Source: an uncultured Candidatus Saccharibacteria bacterium
Lineage (GTDB): Bacteria > Patescibacteriota > Minisyncoccia > UBA6257 > 2-01-FULL-56-20
Assembly (NCBI GenBank): GCA_965231155.1
Contig: OZ246418.1
Span: forward strand, 637,710 to 701,709
Length of the DNA: 64,000 nt
Direction of reading: 5' to 3'
Part shown: in pieces, positions 9,785-18,849 of the stretch
Layout of the letters: each line of letters begins with the position of its first letter
Numbering within the stretch: position 1 is the stretch's first letter
Position numbers and translations under genes: made by a program
The notes under the pieces: model-generated
Told to the model about the DNA's origin: nothing
What the model saw: only the letters and a program-made list of their open reading frames with translations
Database searches by the model: none

Positions 9785-10492
9785 ATGAAAGTCCATAGAT
9801 TCATTGGGGGGTTCGATCTTGGCGATAAGAATATCGTCGTTCAGGATACGGAGTTGGTTCATCAGATAGTGAAGGTTTTGAAGTTACAGAAAGGGGAGGC
9901 GGTGATTCTAAGCGACGGTCAGGGCATCGAGCGTCTTGGAGAAATTAAAAATATTGGTCGTAATCAGGTGATGATTGAGTTCAAGGAAAAGATGCGGAAA
10001 AATAGAATGGAAGGACCTGAGGTAGTGTTGTATTTAGCCATCCTTAAGAAAGAGAATTTTGAGTTGGTGGCACAGAAGGCCACTGAGGTGGGTGTTTCTA
10101 CGATTGTGCCGATTATTACCGAACGAACAGTAAAATTAAACCTCCAAAGTGAACGGATAAAAAAGATTATCAAGGAGGCGTCCGAGCAGTCTGGTCGAAG
10201 CAGTGTTCCACAGTTATTACCCACTATTTCTTTTTTAGAATCATTAGGACAAATACCAAAAAACGAGGAGAGATGGTTTTTTGATATCGAGGGGGAGTCG
10301 TTGCAGTCAGTTTCTCGAACGAAAGAAATGAAGGGCAGGATTCATATTTTTATTGGTCCAGAAGGTGGTTGGAGTGAGGAGGAGAAACTGCAGGCAAAAA
10401 AGAAAGGTTGCAAGATGATTTCTATGGGTAGTTTAACTTTGCGTGGAGAGACGGCGGCCATTATTGGTTCTTATCTCGCGGTTAACCAGTAA
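9785..10492 (+). CDS. rsmE: 16S rRNA (uracil1498-N3)-methyltransferase RsmE.
   Basis: An N-terminal PUA-like region is followed by the C-terminal SPOUT motif IFIGPEGGWSEEE. Confidence 0.75.
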   Translation: MKVHRFIGGFDLGDKNIVVQDTELVHQIVKVLKLQKGEAVILSDGQGIERLGEIKNIGRNQVMIEFKEKMRKNRMEGPEVVLYLAILKKENFELVAQKATEVGVSTIVPIITERTVKLNLQSERIKKIIKEASEQSGRSSVPQLLPTISFLESLGQIPKNEERWFFDIEGESLQSVSRTKEMKGRIHIFIGPEGGWSEEEKLQAKKKGCKMISMGSLTLRGETAAIIGSYLAVNQ

Positions 10493-10494
10493 CT

Positions 10495-11526
10495 ATGTCG
10501 AAGTTTTCCTTGGATCAGTATGATTTTTCTTTTCCTGAAAATCTGATTGCTCAGAAACCGGTTTCACCTCGGGATGCGGCCCGGTTAATGGTCTATGACC
10601 GAAAGGAGAAGAGGGTGGCGTTGGACACATTTGCCCACCTTGGTCGCTACCTTCCTCCACGTTCTGTGTTGGTTATTAATGAGACAAAAGTGGTGCCCGC
10701 TCGGCTGACTGTGCATAAGAGAACTGGTGGTCGGGTGAAGCTACTTTTTCTAAGAGAGCAGGATGGTTTCTGGGAGGTTTTGTCGGATAGAAAATTAAAA
10801 ATAGGGGAGGTGTTGAGTGTTGATGCGACTAAGAAATTAGTCGTTCAGAAACAGGCCGAAGCAATTTTTTATCTTCAGCCATCATTCCCAATCAGTCAGA
10901 CGTTTCGTTTGCTGGATATTTGTGGTGAAACTCCTATTCCGCCATATATTAAACACTCACCACTTTCTGAGAAGAAATTACGAGGAGAGTATCAGGCAGT
11001 TTTTGCAAAAAAGAAAGGTTCGGTGGCAGCGCCGACTGCTTCGTTGCATTTTACAAATAAGTTGATTCAAAGCTTGGAAAAGCAGGGTCATAGCGTGGTG
11101 CGACTGGTTTTGCATGTTGGACTCGGCACTTTTTCTCCGGTTACAGAGGAGCAGTTGAGAGCTAAAAAATTGCATCAGGAGTTTTATGAGATTACTCCTC
11201 GGGTCGCGGAATTTTTAGAGAGAGCAAAAAAGGAGGGAAGGCCGATTATCCCAGTGGGGACGACTGCCCTAAGAGCTCTTGAATCAGCGGCCGGGAGGGG
11301 ACCGAGACTTGAAAAATTATCTGGAGAGACAGACTTATTCATCCAGGAGGGGTACAAGTTTAAGTTTACGAGCGGGTTGATTACAAACTTCCATGTACCC
11401 CGTTCAAGTTTATTAATGCTTGTATCAGCTCTGGCCTCTCGGAAAGAGGTTCTGAGTCTTTATCGCCTGGCAGTTGAGGAAAAATTCAGGTTATTTTCCT
11501 TTGGTGATGGGATGCTTATTTTTTAG
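10495..11526 (+). CDS. queA: S-adenosylmethionine:tRNA ribosyltransferase-isomerase.
   Basis: FSFPENLIAQKPVSPRDAARLMV and …VVPARL match QueA. The 343 aa length is also typical of QueA. Confidence 0.85.
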   Translation: MSKFSLDQYDFSFPENLIAQKPVSPRDAARLMVYDRKEKRVALDTFAHLGRYLPPRSVLVINETKVVPARLTVHKRTGGRVKLLFLREQDGFWEVLSDRKLKIGEVLSVDATKKLVVQKQAEAIFYLQPSFPISQTFRLLDICGETPIPPYIKHSPLSEKKLRGEYQAVFAKKKGSVAAPTASLHFTNKLIQSLEKQGHSVVRLVLHVGLGTFSPVTEEQLRAKKLHQEFYEITPRVAEFLERAKKEGRPIIPVGTTALRALESAAGRGPRLEKLSGETDLFIQEGYKFKFTSGLITNFHVPRSSLLMLVSALASRKEVLSLYRLAVEEKFRLFSFGDGMLIF

Positions 11527-11587
11527 CCACAGAGAGGAAAAAATGCTACAATGCCGGGGTCGAACATTTAACTAAATTTAATCAAAA

Positions 11588-12385
11588 ATGACAGATTATA
11601 AAGCGAAGTTAGGGATAGTGTATGCCATTGTTGGTTTGGGCATTATGTATGCAGCGATTGTCTATGCTGGTGCTTTCGCGCGATCGATCCAGCCGTCTTC
11701 ATTTCGTAGTTTTTCGGTTGCTGGCGAGGGGAAGGTGGTGGCCGTGCCGGACGTGGCTCAGTTTTCTTTCGGTGTAGTCACTGAGGGAGGAAAAGATTTG
11801 GCTAAGATTAATACTGATAATACCAATCAGTACAACAAAGCCGTTGATTTTTTGAAGAGCAAAGGAGTGGCTAAGGAGGATATTGAAACAACTGAAAGTA
11901 GTATCCTTCCTCGTCAGCAGACCTATAACTGTTATCAGTCAGTGGTAGTTGGTGGCGCTGTTCGTCCATGTCCACCAGCAGAAGTTGTGGGGTATACCGT
12001 GAGAAAGAGTGTTTCGGTAAAGATTCGTGACTTTGCGAAGATTGGTGAGGTGATGGCCGGCGTCGTGGATAATGGCGCGAATGAGGTTAGCGGTTTGAGC
12101 TTTATGATTGATGATCGGAGCAAGGTAGAGAATCAGGCACGTGAGAAAGCCATTACTCAGGCTAAGGAAAAAGCGAAGGCTATTGCGAAGGCGGGCGGTT
12201 TCCGCTTGGGGAGACTCTTGGCTATCGAGGAGGGTGGAATGATGCCTTACTATGATCGTGGATATACTGTGGCAAATGAAATGCTAGGTTTTGGTGCAGG
12301 TGGAAAAGCATCTCCAGCAGCCTCGATTGAACCAGGCTCAGACAAGGTGATGATCAATGTTTCCTTGCGGTACGAAATCAACTAG
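11588..12385 (+). CDS. SIMPL-domain (DUF541) protein, anchored by an N-terminal TM helix.
   Basis: The layout resembles the 26 kDa periplasmic immunogenic protein family (…VPDVAQFSFGV…, SIEPGSDKVMINV…). Confidence 0.55.
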   Translation: MTDYKAKLGIVYAIVGLGIMYAAIVYAGAFARSIQPSSFRSFSVAGEGKVVAVPDVAQFSFGVVTEGGKDLAKINTDNTNQYNKAVDFLKSKGVAKEDIETTESSILPRQQTYNCYQSVVVGGAVRPCPPAEVVGYTVRKSVSVKIRDFAKIGEVMAGVVDNGANEVSGLSFMIDDRSKVENQAREKAITQAKEKAKAIAKAGGFRLGRLLAIEEGGMMPYYDRGYTVANEMLGFGAGGKASPAASIEPGSDKVMINVSLRYEIN

Positions 12386-12398
12386 CGCTCGCCTTTTC

Positions 12399-12437
12399 TT
12401 AATTTTCCATATCCGAAAGGCATAATGGAAAATTAAA
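12399..12437. repeat. Conserved palindromic hairpin element, copy 1: CTTAATTTTCCATATCCGAAAGGCATAATGGAAAATTAA.
   Basis: A perfect 12-bp inverted repeat (TTAATTTTCCAT/ATGGAAAATTAA) surrounds a CCGAAAGG core. A second copy with compensatory stem changes lies at 14203-14252. Confidence 0.6.
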
Positions 12438-12465
12438 AAAGGCTCGCTGAGTGTAACTGATTGTA

Positions 12466-12505
12466 ATCAAAAAACTCCTCATTGATTGAGGAGTTTTTTG
12501 ATACT
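12466..12505. terminator. Bidirectional rho-independent terminator shared by the convergent genes 11588-12385 (+) and tig (-).
   Basis: AAAAAACTCCTCA-TTGAT-TGAGGAGTTTTTTG is a perfect stem flanked by A-runs and T-runs. Confidence 0.7.
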
Positions 12506-12519
12506 AAGCGATCGAGATG

Positions 12520-13575
12520 CTAAGCAGTAACGTCTGGCTGGTTTTCGAGCGACCTTAGAACTGCTTCGTTACGAATGGCTAGTTCTACGTAGGATCGTAT
12601 TTGGTTTTCGTTGGCGTTTGGGTGGACTTTCTTGAGGCGGGCAATCTCGGCAGATACCTCGTCTTCGGGAGGATTAATCTTCTCAGCTTCGGCGATGTCT
12701 TCAAGAAGGAAACGGAGCTTTGTCTGATTTTCGATTTGTTCGCGCTTTTCTTTTTTGAACTGCTCCTCAGTTTTATTCAGTTTTTTTACATAATCCTCGA
12801 GACTCAGGTTGGCTTCTTTTAGGTCCTCCAAGATGCGATTGAAACTGGCATCAAATTCTTCGTCGACTACCTCTGGGGGGAGGACGATAGTGCTTGCCTG
12901 GATTAGCTCCTTGGCGAAGTTCTCTCGTTTCTCTCGGGCTCGTTCACTTTTTCTCTGAGCGAGCATATCTTCTCGGATTTTATTCTTGAAATCCTCAACA
13001 CTTTCGAAGGGTCCGAGTTTTTTTACAAACTCATCAGTGAGTTCGGCGGGAATCTGAGCTTCCTCATTTCCGGCTCGACTCCTGATCTGATTTTCCATAT
13101 CGAGGAGCTGTTTGATGAAAACTTCCACCTCTTCTTCTTTGAGTTCGGGAGGAATGTCATTCGCGAAAGCTTTTTTGCCAATTTTTTTATAGTCGGGGAG
13201 TTTGATCTCTGGACGAACGGCCACTTCAGCCTTGAATCCCATAGGATTATTGGGGGCAAGCTTAGTGATGGAGATCTGAGGAATGGCTAGTGGTTTCAAG
13301 TCGTGGTCAGCGATGATCTGAGGATAGACCCTGCGGAGGGCAGTTTCAGCTGCTTCTTCGAGGAGGTGTCCTTTATTGACCCGTTCAATGAAGATGTTTT
13401 CAGGGACGTGGCCTTTTCGGAAGCCAGGCGCTTCAAAGTCTTTGCGGAGGGTTTCAACTGTTTCTTGGTAACTTTCTGCAAATGCTTCGGCGGTGACTTC
13501 GCCTTCAATTGAGACTCGCGAATCGGCTAACTTTTTGATCTTTATATTTTGGTAATCTTTTTGTGTAGTAGTCAT
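12520..13575 (-). CDS. tig: Trigger factor, a short form of 351 aa.
   Basis: The N-terminal ribosome-binding region contains the FRKGHVP signature, followed by a C-terminal chaperone arm. A full PPIase domain appears to be missing or much reduced. Confidence 0.75.
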   Translation of the reverse strand: MTTTQKDYQNIKIKKLADSRVSIEGEVTAEAFAESYQETVETLRKDFEAPGFRKGHVPENIFIERVNKGHLLEEAAETALRRVYPQIIADHDLKPLAIPQISITKLAPNNPMGFKAEVAVRPEIKLPDYKKIGKKAFANDIPPELKEEEVEVFIKQLLDMENQIRSRAGNEEAQIPAELTDEFVKKLGPFESVEDFKNKIREDMLAQRKSERAREKRENFAKELIQASTIVLPPEVVDEEFDASFNRILEDLKEANLSLEDYVKKLNKTEEQFKKEKREQIENQTKLRFLLEDIAEAEKINPPEDEVSAEIARLKKVHPNANENQIRSYVELAIRNEAVLRSLENQPDVTA

Positions 13576-13631
13576 AGAATACGGATCAGTATCTCAAAAA
13601 AGATCCTGAAAAACAAGTGCAGTTTTGGTTT

Positions 13632-14162
13632 CTAGGCGGTCGTAAGACCAGAGAGGAACGAGTGTAAGAAGAAGGTGGTAAGAAGGATAATGGCGAGAAT
13701 GGCGAGTTGAATAGGGATGCCACTGGGCCAGGCTTCGAGTTTCTTTTTGGCATGGATGCTGATGTGGAGTCTTTGGAGCGTGGTGAGTGGTTCTCGGCGG
13801 ATTTTCCAGTAGGCGAACTGGAGAGGATCAGGCAGGATACCAAAGAAAGCGCCACCAACAATGAGCCATGGATTATAGAGATGGGACGGAAAGAGGAGGT
13901 AGCTTAGTCCGATGCCAAGGCAGAAGTCGATGCCGATTTTTGTGAGATCAACGACCGATTTTTTATTAATAACAAAATCGTTCTTGAGGGGATCTTTATT
14001 TCTGGTGAAGGATTTAGTTTTGTAGTCCCAGTGGGGGATGGCATCGGCAAAAAAATGACTGACAAAGGCCATTGACCAGGCAAGGGGATAGTATGGTGCA
14101 GGAAACAGAGAGGCGGTGGCGGCACCAATGAGGCCATGAGTGGTGAGTGTCATATGGGCCAC
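13632..14162 (-). CDS. Hypothetical polytopic membrane protein of 176 aa.
   Basis: Four or five predicted TM helices and a conserved-looking HWDYK motif. The family was not recognised. Confidence 0.45.
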   Translation of the reverse strand: MAHMTLTTHGLIGAATASLFPAPYYPLAWSMAFVSHFFADAIPHWDYKTKSFTRNKDPLKNDFVINKKSVVDLTKIGIDFCLGIGLSYLLFPSHLYNPWLIVGGAFFGILPDPLQFAYWKIRREPLTTLQRLHISIHAKKKLEAWPSGIPIQLAILAIILLTTFFLHSFLSGLTTA

Positions 14163-14202
14163 AATATACCGTATTTTTGACTTTCCGGCAAGACTTCATT
14201 AC

Positions 14203-14252
14203 CTTAATTTTCTATCCATATCCAAAAGGCATAATGGATAGGAAATTAAGGC
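14203..14252. repeat. Conserved palindromic hairpin element, copy 2: CCTTAATTTTCTATCCATATCCAAAAGGCATAATGGATAGGAAATTAAGG.
   Basis: The core is the same as at 12399-12437. Relative to copy 1 the stem carries a symmetric extra TATC/GATA pair, a compensatory change that extends the stem. Confidence 0.6.
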
Positions 14253-14312
14253 GGCTTTGAAAAGAAGGAGGGGGATGAATGGAAAAAATCTCACGAGTGG
14301 TATAATGGGCAT

Positions 14313-14639
14313 ATGATTTCATATGATGATTTTGTAAAAACAGAGTTGCGAGTGGCAAAGATTCTTGAGGCGGAGCGAGTCGAGGGGTCGGAGAAGCTTT
14401 TAAAGTTGAAAGTTGATATAGGGAGTGAGACGAGACAGATTATCGCCGGAATTGGGAAGCATTATAGCCCCGAAGATCTGGTGGGGACGTCGATTGTGAT
14501 TGTGGCGAATCTCGAACCAAGGGCCTTAATGGGCTTAGAGAGTCAGGGGATGCTTTTGGCTGCCAGTGACGAAGGGAAAACTTCCCTGGTCCTCGTTCGC
14601 CCGGACAAAGACATTGCTCCCGGCAGTCTTATTGGTTAA
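14313..14639 (+). CDS. tRNA-binding protein with a Myf/EMAP-type OB fold, CsaA-like.
   Basis: A 108 aa protein whose VAKILEAERVEGSEKLLKLKVDIGSETRQIIAGI…GMLLAA matches the MetRS C-terminal/CsaA tRNA-binding domain. Confidence 0.7.
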   Translation: MISYDDFVKTELRVAKILEAERVEGSEKLLKLKVDIGSETRQIIAGIGKHYSPEDLVGTSIVIVANLEPRALMGLESQGMLLAASDEGKTSLVLVRPDKDIAPGSLIG

Positions 14640-14647
14640 GGAGGAGG

Positions 14648-15295
14648 ATGATCGACCTTGGATTCCTGTCTCAGGTTGCTATTTGGTTACCACCAGTCAT
14701 ACATGGCTTCTTTTTTGCTGTTGTATGTCTCGCGTATCAGAGGAGGACTTATCTCGGTGATAAATATCTTTGGACACTCTATCTAATCACTTTTTCGGCC
14801 CTCATCTTTCGTGTCGGATATGCTATTTTTCTAACTACGACACAGTACCTCGTCTGGTCGGGACAGAGGATAGGTTCAATTCTCATTGACCTACCTCTCG
14901 CAAAGCCAGGCGGTACGAACTTTCTGGATTATCAGTTCAGTTATTTCACTTTTTATGCGTTTGATCGTTTTTGGTTGAATTTGATTTTCACCCTCCTCCT
15001 CACGTGTCTTTTCGTTCTTTTCCTTAGACTTCTTACTCACTACCGTGCCAGATTTTTTAATGTGGGAGAGATCGAGCTTGGAGGGTTATTAGTACTCCTT
15101 TCCGGTTGGCCGAATGGTCTCATTTTTATTGCACTAAGCTTAATTACCGTAATTTTCTTATCCCTCTATCGTCTTATTCGGCAAAAAGGCACCCTAACGA
15201 CCCTAGGTTTGCCGTTTTTGGTATCTGCCGGGATAGTTCTCATTTGGGGAGGCTTTCTCGCTTCCTCGTTTGGATTAGGGGTCTTCGTTGTTTGA
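14648..15295 (+). CDS. Hypothetical polytopic membrane protein of 215 aa.
   Basis: Six or more TM helices. A faint resemblance to A24 prepilin peptidases is not enough to call it one. Confidence 0.45.
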   Translation: MIDLGFLSQVAIWLPPVIHGFFFAVVCLAYQRRTYLGDKYLWTLYLITFSALIFRVGYAIFLTTTQYLVWSGQRIGSILIDLPLAKPGGTNFLDYQFSYFTFYAFDRFWLNLIFTLLLTCLFVLFLRLLTHYRARFFNVGEIELGGLLVLLSGWPNGLIFIALSLITVIFLSLYRLIRQKGTLTTLGLPFLVSAGIVLIWGGFLASSFGLGVFVV

Positions 15296-15359
15296 TTGAT
15301 GGCGAGATAGAAAAAAATACTAAGAAATTGAGTTATAAGATCGTCTTTTCCTTTACAAA

Positions 15360-18300
15360 GTGAAAACTAGGGAATATGATGGGGGCATGAAAAAATCCAT
15401 TTTGGGGTCAGTTGATTTAGGTCTCAAAAAGGTCGGAGCAGTTATCAATATCTTTGCTCTGGTTGCTATTTTGTTTTCTCCATTTTTAGTTAATGTACCA
15501 ATCGCTGCGGCTGCTGACACAGTTATCTTTACAGAAAACTTTGAACAATCTGGGAATGCGATAGCTAATAGTTGGCGAACTGCCTCCGGGTCTGATGCTC
15601 CAGGTAGTGATACTCGAATAAGCAGTACAGATGATTCATGGGGTGGTGTGGAAGTGAGTGGTAAGGCGCTTCTTATTGAAGGTGCTGCCGGTGGTAATCC
15701 TGATGAGGGGGTGGAGCGGGATATTTCTACGCATGGTTACGCCACACTAAAGATTCAGTACTCTCGAGCTTTAAATGGAGTTGAGTCGGATGATCTATTC
15801 GTTGCCCAGTATTCTTTAGATGATGGCGCTTTCACAAATCTAGAAACTTTAAATGCTGATCAAGTTCATGCCGTGTCTCCAGTTTTCACGATTTCTAATC
15901 CTGACCGGCACACCAAACTCACGTTACGTTTCTACATCAACGGAAGTAACGATAATGACGAGGTGGGTATCGACAACCTGACCGTGTCTGGAGATAATGC
16001 ACCGATTTTCTATGATGGTTTTGAAAGTGATAATTTCACGACTGGTGGATGGAATATTTCCTCTAGCCCTGACGTAACCACGACTGTTTATTGGACTGAT
16101 GATAATACGAGTACTGCTGGACACAGCGCCCACTTCGATGGTGGCGGTTCTGATGACACCATCCTAAAGGCTCAAAGCACTGTTGGGTACAAAAACATTC
16201 GAGTAAGATTCGCTCGTGATATTGATAACATGGGTTCCGGTGAGTATTTCCGTGGGCAGTATTCTACTGACGGAGGAAGTAACTGGACCAACTTAGAATC
16301 TACTGATAATGAATCATTTGCCTCTGTTCTCCCAGGAGTAGCAAACCCCTTGCCCGCAGCAGCAGACAATAATTCAAGTTTTCAGGTTAGATTTCAAACT
16401 AATGGTAATGACAGTGGAGACGATGCTTATTTCGATGATGTTGTTATCTGGGGAGAGGTCGCTGCTACCAGCACGGTGACTGTAGATAAGGTGACCGTAC
16501 CGAGCGCTGATCCGCAGGTGTTCAATTTCACTCTGACCGGCCCAAACAATGCAACCACCAGTCTCACTGATACGCAGACTCCAGTTGCTTTGACTGGTTT
16601 ATCAGCTGGTGACTACACACTCATTGAAACCCCAGTTTCTGATTGGACGCTTTCAAGCGCCAGCTGTAGCGTTGCAACCACCCCATCCAGCACAGGAGTT
16701 ATGTTTACTGTTGGCGAAGGAGCTTCAGTTTCTTGCACCTTCAACAACACCAAACTTGGTTCGATCACCGTGTATAAGAACGTGATCTCGCCGAGCGAGG
16801 CCGATGTTTCCGACGACCACAGTTTCACCGCAACCCTGGATGGCAGCAACCCACAGAGCATCTCTGAAAATGCTTCCTATACTTACAGCAATCTTTTGCC
16901 TGGGGATTACACGATTGGGGAGGAGGTAGACGGTGATTATGATTTTATGAGCTTTTCCGCTGATGCCGAGCCGGAGACTAGCGGCGCGCAGGTTACGGTA
17001 GTAGCGGGGACTGATTTGGCCTTAACGATCACGAATAAACAGAAGAGTGGTCGCTTGATGATCACGAAGAATGTTACGAATCATGGCATCGGTAGTTCAA
17101 CTGCTTCAGAGTTTACGATCAGCGTTACCGGTTCAAACGCCTCGCCTGCTTCTTTCCCGGCCAGTGAGGTTGCGACCGAGGTGACTCTTGATCCAGGAGC
17201 GTACAGCGTTGGCGAATCTGGTCCAAGTGGGTATGCCATGTCTCAGACCGCTGGTTGTTCCGGTACGATTGCCCCAAATCAAACAGTAAACTGTACTGTT
17301 ACAAACAGTGATATTCCAACTGGGCAGGGCGCGATCACCATCATTAAGAATGTTACGAATGACAACGGCGGTACGCTTGGCCCTAACGATTTTACTCTTC
17401 AGGTTACTCCGGAAGGAGGAAGCGTTCAGACGGTAGTGAGTGGCGAGGCTGGATTCTTTGCTACTGGCACCTACACGATTAGTGAAGCTTCGAGCACGGG
17501 ATACACACAGACTGGTCTTAGCTGTACCAACGGTAGTGAATCAAACAGCGGCACCTTCACGCTTGATGAGCAGGAGGCGTATGTTTGTACTATTACCAAC
17601 GATGACAATGTTCCATCGCTAACACTAACGAAGGTCGTTTCCAATCCTTTTGGTGGCTCGGCTACTGCTGCTGATTGGACTCTTTCGGCCACGAGCAGTG
17701 AGGCCAGTACCCTCAGTGGTGTTGGTCCAACCGTTTCGAGTGACAGCGAGTTTGAAGCGGGAACCTACACACTTTCTGAAGCTCCAACAAGTGAAACCTC
17801 GACAATTACCCAGGGGTACGGCGCTTCTGATTGGGTTTGTGTTGGCGGAACACAAGGAGATGGTAATCATGTGACTATCGCGCTTGGTGAATCAGTAACG
17901 TGTACAATTACGAACACTCGTCTTTCCGGAAGTCTTCGAGTAACTAAAGTAGTGGTTGGTGGTACGGCCTCTTCTTCCGCTTTCAGTGTTCACGTGAAGC
18001 AAGACGGGGATGAGATTGAGGGTAGCCCGGCTGCCGGCGATAGCGAAGGAACCCTCTACTCGAACCTTCTAACCGGCAGTTATGCGGTGAGTGAAACCGG
18101 TGGACCAGCAAACTACAACTCATCGTTTAGTGGAAGCTGTGATGAGAGTGGAAATGTGGCCGTAGCTTCGGGTGAGACTGCGAATTGTGTTTTGACGAAT
18201 ACTTTTGATGAGCCTGAACCAGAAACCCCAACACCTCCGAGTGGTGGTGGGGGAGGTGGAGGTTCGTTTGTTCTTGTGCCATCGAGTAATCCAGGCGGAA

Positions 18301-18761
18301 CAACCGGTGCAGGAGCAACTGGTGGAACAACCGGCGGTACAACAGGAGGTGGTCAGACTGGTGGAGGAACTACTGGGGGTGGCACAACTGGCGGAAATGA
18401 AACAGGTGGCGCCGGTGTTACTGGAGAAGGTAATGTTCCGGGTGGTCTTGCCGGAGGTCCTCAGAATCCAGGAGGAAACGTTGGTGGAGGGAATGTAGGA
18501 GGAGGTAATATCGGCGGCGGTAATGTTGGGGGAGCAGCTGGTGTGATCGGTGGCGGAGTAGCAGAAGTTGGTGGTGGTCTTGCCGAGGGGACTGGTGGTG
18601 TTCCAACCTCAACTCAGCTCGCAAACCTTGCCTCTTCGACCGAACAAGTATCTCTTCTCGCTTCTATTCTCGATACTCTTGGTGGCAATATGAATCTCTT
18701 AATTCTTCTCATCGCCATCTTTGGTATCTTGGGTCTTATCTATTACTTTAGTAGGGATTAG
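15360..18761 (+). CDS. Giant cell-surface protein of 1133 aa. It has a signal/TM start, two jelly-roll (CBM/galactose-binding-like) domains, about nine Ig-like repeats each carrying a conserved Cys pair (…CT[IV]TN…), a Gly-rich disordered stalk, and a C-terminal TM anchor.
   Basis: N-terminal hydrophobic segment. The repeated block motifs are GSITVYKNV, GRLMITKNVTN, GAITIIKNVTN, and CTITNTR. The stalk is GGTTGGTTGG/GGNVGGGN, and the C-terminal helix is LLILLIAIFGILGLIYYFSRD. Confidence 0.7.
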   Translation: MKTREYDGGMKKSILGSVDLGLKKVGAVINIFALVAILFSPFLVNVPIAAAADTVIFTENFEQSGNAIANSWRTASGSDAPGSDTRISSTDDSWGGVEVSGKALLIEGAAGGNPDEGVERDISTHGYATLKIQYSRALNGVESDDLFVAQYSLDDGAFTNLETLNADQVHAVSPVFTISNPDRHTKLTLRFYINGSNDNDEVGIDNLTVSGDNAPIFYDGFESDNFTTGGWNISSSPDVTTTVYWTDDNTSTAGHSAHFDGGGSDDTILKAQSTVGYKNIRVRFARDIDNMGSGEYFRGQYSTDGGSNWTNLESTDNESFASVLPGVANPLPAAADNNSSFQVRFQTNGNDSGDDAYFDDVVIWGEVAATSTVTVDKVTVPSADPQVFNFTLTGPNNATTSLTDTQTPVALTGLSAGDYTLIETPVSDWTLSSASCSVATTPSSTGVMFTVGEGASVSCTFNNTKLGSITVYKNVISPSEADVSDDHSFTATLDGSNPQSISENASYTYSNLLPGDYTIGEEVDGDYDFMSFSADAEPETSGAQVTVVAGTDLALTITNKQKSGRLMITKNVTNHGIGSSTASEFTISVTGSNASPASFPASEVATEVTLDPGAYSVGESGPSGYAMSQTAGCSGTIAPNQTVNCTVTNSDIPTGQGAITIIKNVTNDNGGTLGPNDFTLQVTPEGGSVQTVVSGEAGFFATGTYTISEASSTGYTQTGLSCTNGSESNSGTFTLDEQEAYVCTITNDDNVPSLTLTKVVSNPFGGSATAADWTLSATSSEASTLSGVGPTVSSDSEFEAGTYTLSEAPTSETSTITQGYGASDWVCVGGTQGDGNHVTIALGESVTCTITNTRLSGSLRVTKVVVGGTASSSAFSVHVKQDGDEIEGSPAAGDSEGTLYSNLLTGSYAVSETGGPANYNSSFSGSCDESGNVAVASGETANCVLTNTFDEPEPETPTPPSGGGGGGGSFVLVPSSNPGGTTGAGATGGTTGGTTGGGQTGGGTTGGGTTGGNETGGAGVTGEGNVPGGLAGGPQNPGGNVGGGNVGGGNIGGGNVGGAAGVIGGGVAEVGGGLAEGTGGVPTSTQLANLASSTEQVSLLASILDTLGGNMNLLILLIAIFGILGLIYYFSRD

Positions 18762-18791
18762 TTTCCGAAAGGAGGGTAAGTTGAGTTCCTC

Positions 18792-18822
18792 AAAACACCC
18801 CAATTGGGGTGTTTTGTTTGCC
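18792..18822 (+). terminator. Rho-independent terminator after the 1133-aa gene.
   Basis: The perfect palindrome AAAACACCCCAATTGGGGTGTTTT is followed by a run of Ts. Confidence 0.65.
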
Positions 18823-18849
18823 TTTTCGCAATCGGTGTATAATAGAGTC

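Noticed and set aside
14648-15295. Prepilin peptidase (A24) call for the 215-aa membrane protein.
   Set aside because: It has only a loose resemblance (GEIELGG… against the canonical GGGDVKL) and lacks the two catalytic Asp motifs. No pilus genes are nearby. It is kept as a hypothetical membrane protein.
18230-18560. G-rich and GGT-rich periodic DNA in the 1133-aa gene (also at 21231-21312 and 49081-49120) looked superficially like a short repeat array.
   Set aside because: It is in-frame coding sequence for Gly/Thr linkers with no regular repeat-spacer periodicity and no cas genes nearby. It is not a CRISPR array.
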